Source: Nemertoderma westbladi (Eukaryota > Animalia > Xenacoelomorpha). Taken from it: DNA of 58,683 bases. The position numbers and the translations under genes were made by a program. The notes below the pieces were generated by a model. It searched no databases, was not told where the DNA came from, and saw only the letters and a program-made list of their open reading frames with translations. This document shows, in pieces, positions 46,845 to 58,683 of the stretch. How positions within the stretch are numbered: the stretch's first letter is position 1; each line of letters starts with the position of its first letter. The stretch covers positions 1-58,683 of the forward strand of contig JAUCBJ010003216.1 in NCBI GenBank assembly GCA_032718475.1, given 5' to 3'.

Positions 46845-48627
46845 TGTAAAAAAAAAAAGCTACTGGCTACTGGCTACTGACTACTGACCTAGAGCAAAAA
46901 CGGCTCTAACGATTTTGATGAAATTTTGCATGGACCATGAAAATAGATTTATTTAAGGGTACTTGTGAAATCGCGGTTTAAATTGAAACACCTCAACTTG
47001 TTTTATTTCGAAAAATAGCCCCAAAACACGAAAATTGCAGTACATCGATTTCAGATAGGGGGGAAACTGGACGCAATAAAAATTCGTCCCTCTCCAGGGA
47101 AAATTGGAAGCAAATAACAGTTGATTATTCTCAAAAATAATACTGTAACCTGTTCTATTGTGTTTAGTTTATTGTTTTGGTTAAAATAACGTGCCACTGT
47201 AACCTGCGCTTCTCCCTAAATAGAGAATTTCACATTGAGGCGGGATATTAATTCGCCAAGGCGGGTTTTGCGTCGAGCCCCCCCCCCCCCCCCCCCCCCC
47301 CCTGTCTCTCGTATTAGACAGTACAACTGCTCAAATAATTATTAGGAACAGATTGAATTGTTTATTGTATTAGGAACAGATTGCATGACAGATTGTAATT
47401 TTTGCGAACTAATTTCGTTCACAATCACGTTGCACCCATTTTTAAATGCTCGACATGTGTAAAATGCAGTATTAGTATGGGTAGTGCTGGTAAATAAAAA
47501 GATAACTGAGACCCAGATTTCTAACGGACTACTTGAATTCGAAACTGGACATTCTGTTCTTATTATGGGTGCTTGGATTTGTTACTGGGCAGTTTAGTTA
47601 CACAGTTTAGTGGCACAATTAATGTTGTGCCAACATTAATACTGTGGAGGCTGTATGCTTATAAGGCTGAATGTTTACTCATCCTCATAATGATTCTCCA
47701 TAAGGATAACATTATTGTTTGAAATATAAAAATCTGTTGTAATAAATAATAATATAATTGTTGTATTTAATTAATATCGTGGTGTTAAAATAACGTGCCA
47801 CTGTAACCTGCGCTTCTCCCTAAATAGAGAATTTCACATTGAGGCGGGATATTAATTCGCCAAGGCGGGTTTTGCGTCGAGCCCCCCCCCCCCCCCCTGT
47901 CTCTCGTATTAGACAGTACAACTGCTCAAATAATTATTAGGAACAGATTGAATTGTTTATTGTATTAGGAACAGATTGCATGACAGATTGTAATTTTTGC
48001 GAACTAATTTCGTTCACAATCACGTTGCACCCATTTTTAAATGCTCAACATGTGTAAAATACAGTATTAGTATGGGTAGTGCTGGTAAATAAAAAGATAA
48101 CTGAGACCCAGATTTCTAACGGACTACTTGAATTCGAAACTGGACATTCTGTTCTTATTATGGGTGCTTGGATTTGTTACTGGGCAGTTTAGTTACACAG
48201 TTTAGTGGCACAATTAATGTTGTGCCAACATTAATACTGTGGAGGCTGTATGCTTATAAGGCTGAATGTTTACTCATCCTCATAATGATTCTCCATAAGG
48301 ATAACATTATTGTTTGAAATATAAAAATCTGTTGTAATAAATAATAATATAATTGTTGTATTTAATTAATATCGTGGTTTACATTGAACAGTGTAAATTG
48401 TTAATCGCGGTTTACATTAAAACATCTCAACTCATATCATCTCATCTCATCTCGATCTCATTAGATGATTACAACATAATAATTACAGTTTGAAGTTGTC
48501 TCGAAAATTTTTCGTACACCACCGGGACTACCCTCACACTAATTTATTATGAGACAGAACGAAAAGCTTTTACTTGACTCTACTGTCTCCTACGACTTGC
48601 TTCACGTCCCGCTAGGCCCGTCTCTAG
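46845..48627 (+). mobile_element. Non-autonomous Helitron-like element with an internal ~600-bp tandem duplication
   Basis: CTACTGR microsatellite, AACGGCT..ACGATTTTGATGAAATTT motif, 3' CTAG|T terminus; duplicated units ~47180-47783 and ~47784-48378. Confidence 0.55.
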
Positions 48628-48669
48628 TAAACTGAATATTAACTATGTAATATACTTACGTGGCATGTA

Positions 48670-51600
48670 TGTTACGGTATATGGCGCTGTATCCACAGTA
48701 TTAGTCCATTATACTGTACGTAATATTAGTCCGTTGTGCAGTATAATTATTTAGATAAGGCGCAGTGTGGTGACATTTAGGTAAGGAAGTTAAAACGCCC
48801 ATATATTTTGCATCCATTTATTTTGTATAGTATGTAGCCCTACCTACGTAATTTTGTATTAAGATATATGTAAATAGTCCCAGGGTAGCAAGTTTATTCG
48901 GACCCTGGATTCTGTGCTTGCTGATATTAGTTTGATAGGGCTAGCATATAGGGACGCTGTCCTGGCCATTCAGCAGCCAGAGACGTGAACCATTACCATA
49001 TATGGTAATAATTTGAGGTTTGGGCAGGCAATAGGGCTACAATCCGGCCTCCTTATTGGATTAACTGCTTCCAGGTTGGTCTAATGCTAGCACGGACTGG
49101 AGAGCCAATAGGAGAGCGATTGAGTCACCCTATTGCATCACCCCATCCGGATCACCTATAAATTGGCGGTGTGCCGGTAGAGCCTCACATGACACCTCAC
49201 ATGATCTGCTATCACCTTTGTACTTGTTGAGCTGTCTCTACTCAATTTGTAAGATATTTTAGTGTATTTTCTGTAATTTGCTAATTTGATTAGTTTCTTG
49301 AAATGATTTGCTAGTGCGATTACCCTTGCTTGTGTTTCTCAATTAATTCCTTCGATTACTGCTAATTACAACTGAACTATGATTTCTACCTTTTGATTAA
49401 TGGTTCTATGTGATTCTTTTCTGCGCAATAATCCCAAGGGATTCCTGAGACTGTCAGACTTTGTGATTTGCATGCGCCGCTACGGTAGCTATTAGCATCA
49501 TGAAGGGCTAAGGTGCCAGTGGGCGGTGGGCGCATCGGGGGGTTGAGCGACTAGGAGAGAGCGGAGGATTCAAAGCGGGCAACGCTGGCCAGAGTCACCG
49601 TTGCGGGCGGGTATCTTGCACTGCGGCACGCAGACCGATCGCCGGAACAGTATCTAGGGGGCTGATGATCCAGGTTTTGTCTCTATTTAGTATTAGGGGG
49701 GCAGGAATTGGGTTAGTTAGGAATCCTAGATGTACCCGGGAGAGGCCTGCGCGTATTAAAACGTTCAGTGTGGAGTACGAGTAGTGAATTGCACAATTGT
49801 AAACTGTGATTTCTAACGCTGATTGGTGTGTTATTGAAGTGTGCCTAAGATTACGAATGCTTAGATAGGCGCTCTTTTTCCTTTGATTGATTTCTATTTC
49901 TTAGTTACAATAATTAGTTATTGATTAGGTCAAAGTAATACGGCAAATTAGGCTATTACTAGCGAAACCTGTTGCGTGATAAATTAGAATTACGTATTCT
50001 GGAACTCTTAGTAATTAGTACGCTGTTAAATATTTGTGACTGTAATTAATTAGTAAAAAATTAAGAATTAGTACGCAGCATAGCGGAGAGTAGCTAAGGT
50101 AATAATTAGTGTACTGTAAACTATTCACGCTGAGCGGTTATTTGCATTAGCGGACAATCAGCTAGAACGCACTATTCGGTACGCACGATACGCTAGTAAT
50201 TTTGCTGGCCTAAAGCCAGTCGCGGGCAGTTTTAGACTCGGGGTGGTATTATCCACGTAGAAACAGATACTGTACCATTTTGATATTTTAAATATTCTCG
50301 CATTCACACATTACGTTAGGGAACCTCCAGTATTCGCGATTAGAAAGACGTAGGTAATAGCGTGCTTCAATAGTGATAAAATTAGGCGTAAGAATACTCT
50401 GAGTGCAAGGCCTCTCGCACTCGTCTTAAGTAAGCTTAGGGAGCCGACTCGGGTTTATTGTTTTGGTTATTCCCGCGTGGCTCATAGATTCGAACAGTTA
50501 GCTCTCTATTGAGCAATCGGTAGAGAAAGGAACAAGCGATTTTGCAGGAGTTGTGTAAAATTAGTAAAATATATTAGTGGACGGCAGATTAGCGCCATCT
50601 AACGGTAAGTAGCGGTTTTGTATTTAGCAACCCTTACAATTTAGTAATAGCACACTCCTGAGCCCCTTTACTTAACAGTAGAGCAGTCTTTGTGTCTTAT
50701 TGGTTAGACGAGAACTTATTAGGTTGGCAGAAGGATATTAACGGGTATTGGTCTGTTCAACAGTTCTGCTGTTAGTATAGAGGTCGCGGTTGTTTATCAG
50801 TAATACGCGTATATTGCTTTGCTGTACTGCGTACAGTAAGGCAGATAGAGTATTCTTAGGCTGTTAGTTTAGACTACTGTTAGTTTAGATTACTGATACT
50901 TCGTATCAGTAATACGCGTTATTGGCTGTTGCTTGCAGCGGTCAATAGAGTATTCTTAGGCTGATAGTAGTATCATAGTATTAGGCAATAAGTTAGAGCA
51001 CGTGATCGTCTGCTGTGGGCTATAGGCTAGCGTACAGTAAGACATTGAGTTTATTCTATTAGGTTGTTAGCTTAGATTACTGTATTCACTGGCTGCGTAC
51101 AATAGTACAGTAGTACATTAGGCTGATTGTTGTTACTGCGTACGGTAGAAGGACATTTGTTTGCCGTACCACACACAGTATCATTAGGCTGTTAGGTTGG
51201 TGTACTGTTTTACTTACTGTACTGCATACAGTGAATGTACGGTAGTGCGTTTTTGCTAATTGCGAATACAGCAGTTCCTTAGGCCTTAGGGCAAACTGTA
51301 ATTAGTAAGTTTTTTGAAAATTTTAGCTAGGTTTGCGAGAATTCAGTTTCGGTCAAAATTATTTTGTAAAATTCTAGAGTTTTGTACCGGTATGTTAGGT
51401 AACCGCTTAGTTATTTTATACCATCTGGAGATACATGGCAAGACGGAACTTCTGAGTTTGGGGTTCGTGTGGGTCTGCGGGTTCGGTTTGCAATCAGCGA
51501 AGGGCCTGAATCTTTGGACGCGGACGTGGAATCTCACAGCAAACAAGGTTAGTTGTTCTGTTGGCACCAGTGTGTTTGTGGAAGCAGTAAAAAATTACCG

Positions 51601-54600
51601 GTTGTTTAACTGCGAAGCTGAACTCAATTTATTAGTTAGGATATTTAGGTTTAGCCGGCCATGGTTTTTTGAATCGCTCAAGTTAGAGAGAGAGTTAGAG
51701 AGAGTCGCAACCCGAAGATGTAGCCACGCGCTAGTGGATACATATAATATTTGAAATTAAAATTACGTTGATTAGAGCTATATATAAAATTAGAAATATT
51801 CGGGCGGCAAGTATATTTTGAATATTTTGTATTAGATTCAAGAGTTATTTTGTGCTATACCGGTATTTAATGCTATATAGTAGCTATATAATAATATTTT
51901 GTTTAAATATTGTACTAGTATTTGCTATAACTATATACCCCATTAAATTCACAATATTGCATTGCGAATTTATTTGACATTTGGACCAACTGATTATTTG
52001 ACAATTAATTTGACCGTATTTCGGTTAAATTATAATTATATCTCGAACTTTTGCGAGATATTTTGCCGGAAGGCAAACATTATTTAGACTATGAGTGTCT
52101 CAGACAAGGAGGCACTAGAGGACAGCTATGAGACGGCGGCTGGACCGCCGACTGACGATAGCGTCAATATTACTGTTGACGACAATGCCGACTATGACGA
52201 CGCAGCGAGCGACGCTGACGTAAGTGAACAGGAGGACGAGACAGTGACTAGTGAGGAAGAACAACAACCTCAAGTAATAGTATTAGGATCCCCTACCGCT
52301 ACTGATAGGAAGGATTGTACAGCAACCCAACCAGAGGTGAGTGATAGGGAGGGTAGTGTAGCAGAAGCGAGAGCCCGGAGCCCGGTTTCCAGACCTGTGG
52401 GTATGGTAAGTGCCGTGGTCCCGAAGGCTGTAAGGAGTACCCGTAGTTCCCGAAATAATCCTTCAAGTCCACCGAGCGTAAGTCAGGTGAGCGAGAGAGA
52501 ACTTGATATCGCGATAAAGAAGAAACTTCGCGCGCATGCCGGACATATAACCCGGACGACGGACAAGGTAAGGAAGATGTTAGCCGACTCAGCGAACATC
52601 GGGAGGGTAGAGTTAGTAGAGATTAGAAGAGGATATAACTCAGCGTTATTCAAGCAGACGGAGGAGCTTGCAGTCCTAGCAAAGAAGGCAGTAGAGTCTC
52701 AGTCGAGCGATGTGGCGACGAGGATTTACGACAGGGTTTTAGCAGCCTTGTTGGAGCATCGCGAGTTATCGGAGCGATTCCGACGAGTTAGGACGGAGAA
52801 CTGGCTGCTATGGGCATCACAAACGCAGGCGGCTCAGGTGAGTGACGCAGAGTTAAGAGACTTAGTGGAGCGGGAAGAGATCCAAGATAAGGAAGAGCGC
52901 CGTTATCAGAGGGAAGTTACTAGCTGGCTGATGCAGAATGGAGTGGTGGTACCAGGCCAGGTGCTACCGACGACGGAGAACATTCAACAGAGGACGTTGA
53001 CTCCACCCGACGACGCATCTAGAGACAGCGGCGATTCCCAGGTTAGTCACGCGCGAGGTAAGGTAATATGTGCTAGATCCCTTGTTTCTCACAACTCGGC
53101 GGAGGAGAGAAGACGCCGACTAGACGAACAGCAGGCGGAAGTTTTGCGTGCACAGGAAGCACGGAAGGAAGCCGAGCGGGAAAGGGAGCGCACACGTAAG
53201 TTGGACGCAGAGTTACGAGAGTTGGAAGAGATAAGTAAGCGCGAGCGAGCGGAATGCGAGCAAAGGGAACGTGAACTCCAAGCCGAGCGCGAGCGCGAGG
53301 AACTCGAATGCGAACAGAGAGAACGCGAACTCCAACTCGAATGCGAACGGGAAGCGAAGAAACGCGAACTCCAACTCGAATGCGAACGGGAAGCGAAGAA
53401 ACGCGAACTCCAATTCGAACGCGAACAGGAAGCGAAGAAACGCGAACTCCAAGCCGAACGCGAGCGCAAGAAACTCGATCGTGAACAGAAGGAGCGCGAG
53501 CTTCAACTCGAACGCGGACGCAAGGAACGCGAACTCGAGATCGAGAAAAGAAGACGCGCATTGTATGAAGAAAAGGCGCGAGTGGAAGAAGAGAGCGCAG
53601 CGAGACGAGCGAGGGAAGAAGAAGAGCGTAAACTGGCGCAGTTGGAAAGTGCAAGATTAAGTTTAGAGAGCGAAGAACGGACTAGGAAGGCGAACGAAAT
53701 CGCCGAGAAGGGGATGCGAATGCTCGAAGAATGTGGGCGAGTGTGGGGACAGAGTTGCGAGAACTGTTCGCACTGCAGAAGGCCGAACAGGAAGCGAGAA
53801 CTCCGACTATACGCGAGTCAACGACGACCAGAATTCCTATACCTGGTCCAGCTATTACGAGTACACGGATCGTTAAACCGTTCTCTACATATCGCACGCC
53901 AGTTGGTATTAGTGCCTCACCCATCGCCCAGGATCTACGTCATCGGAACGCCGCACCACTGTACACCGAACGTGACAACGGAGAATTTAGAGAAGAAACT
54001 CCGACGGGCCGAGTATTTGGCGAACCGAACCCGCGGGTTTGGAATACGCGGACGGAGCGCCGACCCAGTTCGACGGAGAACTTCCGGGTTAAACCGGAAG
54101 AGGGATCATATGAGAGACAGCGGATTACTCAGATAGAGCCGACTATACAACAGAACCCTAGCCAGGAATTTATTACGAGGGATGAGTTAAGTGCTAGTTT
54201 AGCGCAAGCTATATCGCCGCACATCCAACCTATAACGGACATGCTTAGCAACCTACGGTTAAAGGAAGCAGCCCAGGTAAGAAGTAATTCAAATCCTAGC
54301 AGGCCTGAGTTAGATAAAGTCCAGCCTAGTCAACGAGTACGCATATCGGAGGAAACTATACCACATAGACCTCAGGTAAGGACGCCTGTCCCGAACATCT
54401 CTAATCCCAATTTCGAAAATTCGGCCGAGAAATTTATTCAGGACGCTTGGGTCAGGGCCTCAGCGCGCAAACCATCGCGAGTGCTAAGGACTGACACAGA
54501 ATCGAGTGATGAAGAGGAAGACATGAGACGTCAGAAGTCCCGAAACTATAAGGAAAGAAGGACCGACGCGGAGCAGGTAAGTTGGAACCACCGGGAAAGG

Positions 54601-57600
54601 ACCAGACTTAACAACCCTGCGGAACTAAACCATTTGTTAACCCGGAACGACGCAACCCTTAGGGACATAGGTAAGTTTGCTGCTAGGCAAGGACTGCCGA
54701 CGCAACAACCCCAGAAGTTTATGGGCAACCACAAACATTGGAGGACCTTCAAAACCTATGTCGACGAGCAGCTAACCAACAGCACCTTTACTCCCAACGA
54801 GAAGTTCAACTATTTGCTTCAGATGCTCCATCGAGAACCTAGAGCCATTGCTGATAACTTCGTCGGCAATGAAAGGGCATTCGAGTTAGCGATGAAGACG
54901 CTTAGTGACATCTACGGGAATAAAACCAAGATGGCGCAGTCGATAGTAGAAGACTTGGGTAAGGGCGGAAGGATTACAACTCCGTTAGAGCTGTTGAACT
55001 TAGCGAACGCTATTTCGAACGCATTGGACATCTTGAGGACGGTAAATCTACCTCATCATGGTGATCACGCCGAAGTTTTGAAAAGCGTAATAAGACGTCT
55101 AAACATGCGTTACCGACAGAAATGGCGCAAATTAGAGAATAAGTTGGAGGGCCAAGGTAAAGTATTGACACTTCAGCATATTCATGACATGATAGCCACA
55201 GACGCAGTAGCAGAGATGAAATCAAACTTCTCAGAAGAGAATATGAGGGAGTCTAAACCTGTTACCGGTAAGTCTATGGTAAGTTTTGACGACGACAGGA
55301 CCACTGTGACATTTAACTCAGTAGACAGATATAATTCGAGTACCCCAGCCTTTAGATCAGACTCGCGAGTATGGTCAGGTGAGCGGTTAGATAGACCTAG
55401 GTTAAAGCAACAGGAGTTGCCGGATGGATTTGTAGGTTGCCAATACTGTTTACTAAAGGAGGTAAGATCTGACGACCATAAGTTAGATAGTTGCAGACGG
55501 TTCAAATAATTAAATTCGGAACAGAGAAGAGTTCAAGTGCGGACGTTGGACACCTGTTGGGCATGTCTTGCGCCAGGTCATGTACGGCGGCAGTGCCCGA
55601 ACAGCAAGGTCGGATGCATGGAATGCGGCAGACTACATCACAAGTTGCTACATGCGGATTTCCATACCCCAACGGACCGTTACTTACAGCGAAATCCTCA
55701 AAGGAAGGGGAGCAAAGAACCCGTATCGATAAGGAGGAATACGTACACTGGCATCCAGGACGATGGTTATCAACCAGGTTCGTCGGACGAGGATGGCGAG
55801 TCGAGCGCGAGAGAAGTGACCTGCCAAGGTTTCACCGCGGATAGTTCATCGACCAGCGCGCGGACGTATTTATCATCGGCCACGTCGGAAATATTTAGCG
55901 TGATTCCGGTGAAACTCACTGGCGATAAGGGATCGAAGCGAATATATGTGATGTTGGACACTGCGTCCACATTATCTTATATCGACGAGGAAGTGGCGAG
56001 AGCCGTTTCTAGCTTCCAGGACGCCGAGGAGATCCAAATAGAGTTGAAGTCTATGCACGGGGTAGGAGACCTCAAGGGACACAGAATTTCGGTAGAACTA
56101 GATTCCCTACTTCCGAGAGACCAGCATACTCGACAAGAACGGAAAGCTTTGCCATTGGACGGATTTAAGTGTCTAGCTATGAAGGGATTCGGCAGGCAGT
56201 TAGGTAAGGTGCCGCCGATGAGTCCCATAGCACAGGAGTATTTTGACAAGCTCAGGATACCCAGACACCAGGTAGGTTATAGGAATGTTTCTATGTTGAT
56301 TGGTGCAGAACAGCTGATCGCACACCAAATATGGGAAACGAGACCAGCTGAGCCGCATGTCAATGGACCACATGCCCATAGGACCATACTAGGTTGGTAT
56401 ACACGAGTACCCATGTCTTATGAGTTTACAGGTGGCGACAAGCCAATGAACAGATACGACGAACTACAGCCTATAACTCAACCACCGTTAGTAGAACCAC
56501 CAGACATAGACGAGTTTAGGAGAACCTGTATTGACCACTATAGTGACTTTAGCGAGTCGGACGAGGAGTTGATTCCCGATAATGTTAGGTTGTCGGAACC
56601 GCTTCACAACGACCGGACAGATAGTGAACCCGAGGACTACTGTTATCAGACCCGTGGGTCTGGTTCAGCGGCCCACGCTACCTATTTGACTAGCGTTTTG
56701 ACTTATACAGACATAGTGGAGGGTCAAGTGGCTAAATATCGAGACCTAGACATTTTCCAATACAGTGAGGAGGAATTACAGAAGGAATTGATACGCCAGG
56801 ACCTCGAGACAGGAGCCAGAACCGTCGAATGGCTGGATAGGGACGCAATGGAACCCGGTGGATATGACCTAGCCATGTCCACTGATGAGAAACGGTCGCT
56901 GGAGATGATGGAAGATACCATACGTCTACTACCGACTGGACATTTTGAAGTTGGAATGTTGTGGCGTCGACAACCACCTAAGTTGGAAAACAACTACAAC
57001 TTAGCCTTGAAAAGATTGAGCGGAGTAAGGGCTCGGTTGTTGAAGAATCCGGACATTAGGGAGAAGTATTGCGCCCAGATCAACAACTATTTCGCCAAGG
57101 GATTTGCTGGGAAGGTAGAGGACCCTGACTTAGTGACAGACCAGACTTATTACCTTCCACACCACTATGTGACTCACCCTGACAAGCCAGACAAAGTCCG
57201 AGTAGTCAACGACTGCGCAGTAGTCTATAGGGGTATGTCCCTGAATTCAGAGTTGATGGATGGTCCCAACCTGAACAACTATTTGATTGGAATACTGTTG
57301 CGTTTTAGACAGCGGCGATTCGCATTTACTTGTGACATCGAGGCGATGTTCCACCAGGTAAGAGCCTGTAAGGCAGACCAGGATAGCCTTCGCTTTCTCT
57401 GGTATGAGAATGAAGACTTATCCGGCCCAGTGGTTACATACCAGATGTACGTTAGGATATTTGGCGCCCGCGATAGTCCGAATGGCACGCTGTTCGTTTT
57501 AAAGAAAACGGCAACAGCCCAGATTGGTAAGTATCCAGTAGAAGTAATCGAGTCCATCTTGAGAAACTTCTATATGGACGACGGATTGGTGTCCAAGGAC

Positions 57601-58683
57601 ACGGCGGAACAAGCCATAGAAGTGGCTCACGGCCTGCAAGAGTGCTTGGCTACAGGGGGTTTTCCTCTGACCAAGTTCACTACAAACTCGGAGGCCTTAT
57701 TAGAGTCGTTCCCGGTGAAAGATCGCGGGAGCGGAAACATAGAATTGGGGGTAGAACCAATCCCCATGGCGCGAGTACTGGGACTCGCTTGGAATCCGAA
57801 CTCAGACAAGTTCCAGGTAAGAGTTAGATTTGAGCCCAGTAGCCCAGACAAAGTTTTGACAAAGAGAATTTGCTTATCGACTTTAAGTAGACTATTTGAC
57901 CCGATGAACTTTATCGGTCCGGTTATATTACAGGCACGAGCGTGCATGAGGAAAATTTGGTTGTCCGACTTAGAGTGGGACGAACCAATATCTCCTATAC
58001 ATGCAAAGCAGTGGAGGGAGTGGGAAGCCGAGTTGCATCTGTTGAAAAATATAGATGTACCCCGTTCCTACTTTCCGAATCAGCTGGTATTTCCAGCTGA
58101 TTTAGAACTGCATTTATTTAGTGACGCAAGTGATACCGGCTTTGGTATGGTAGCCTACCTTCGCCGAGAGGTAAGTCAGGACAAGTTTGAGACGGCCTTT
58201 GTGACTTCTAGATCAAAGACAATGCCGGTCAAATACATGACTGTCCCTCGTGCAGAGTTACAGGCGGCTGTAGTTTCAGTCGAGGTAAGTAAGCAAATAA
58301 TTGAGGAGTTAGACACGACATTGACCTTATTCTATTGGACGGACGCATCCTTAGTGTTAGTATACATTGCGGCCGACAATATTGCACTAAAGACATTTGT
58401 GGCCAATAGACGCGCTCAGATCGTTGATTTTTCGACGAAGGAACAATGGAGACATTGTCCGGGAGTGTTGAACCCGGCCGACATAACTTCGAGAGGTGCA
58501 ATGCCGGCGGAATTCTGTCGGGAAGAGTCGCAGGAGTTTTGGTTGCATGGACCTGATTTTCTAACGAGGACACAGGAACATTGGCCAGAGCGACTAAAGA
58601 TAGTGACCAATCCGATGCCTGAAGATGCAGAAGTCAAAGTGGAGAAAGTCTCTAAGTCGAAGTCTAAAGCCAAACTTAAGTCA
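48670..58683 (+). mobile_element. Second BEL/Pao LTR retrotransposon (truncated by window end; 5' boundary approximate)
   Basis: Candidate TGT start near 48670, CCAAT (~49104) and TATAAA (~49156) boxes, a long repetitive leader, then gag-pol. Confidence 0.85.
52091..58683 (+). pseudogene. gag-pol: BEL/Pao Gag-PR-RT-RNase H polyprotein with one frameshift (~53730) and one in-frame stop (55507-55509)
   Basis: Coiled-coil repeats, KFMGNHKHWRTF, knuckles CQYC..H..C / CWACLAPGH..C / CMECGRLHH..LH, MLDTAST, YLPHH, KVRVVND, CDIEAMFHQ, FYMDD, FSDAS, PRAELQA, WTDA, NPADITSRG. The frame appears open from 55510 to the window end. Confidence 0.92.

Noticed and set aside
48652-48770. Further upstream host exon at a GTAAGT donor (48659)
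   Set aside because: No Cys-repeat reading frame in the required phase; the region is probably the start of the second element's LTR.
53073-53924. Antisense and alternative-frame ORFs over gag (also 33714-34060)
   Set aside because: Shadow ORFs of low-complexity coiled-coil codons.

Overview
This is AT-rich eukaryotic (animal-like) genomic DNA, not prokaryotic; there is no CRISPR array, rRNA or convincing tRNA. The backbone is one minus-strand host gene that the ORF track largely misses. I reconstructed 14 internal GT-AG exons (46799 down to 1661; 2250 nt, 750 codons, all splice phases compatible, no stops). They encode a tandem array of non-canonical 6-Cys EGF-like repeats (C-x5-10-CxC-xn-CxC-xx-G[YFW]-xn-C); both gene ends lie outside the window. 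The introns are filled with mobile DNA: two CRE-type non-LTR remnants, a decayed Sola2 transposon, an RTE-type LINE with TSD, a Penelope-like remnant with a minimal hammerhead ribozyme, a Tc1/mariner (DD41D-like) relic with a nested SINE, a hAT-like element wrapping a LINE fragment, Helitron-like elements and 13/18/21/43/50-bp tandem repeats. The most unusual object is a young 12.3-kb BEL/Pao LTR element (29673-41934). It keeps an open Gag-protease ORF but has lost RT, most of RNase H and integrase. In their place it carries a hairpin-rich non-coding region, including two covarying ~85-nt stem-loops, and an orphan ORF. A second BEL/Pao element with RT and RNase H runs off the right end. All family assignments come from motif recognition by eye, not database searches.
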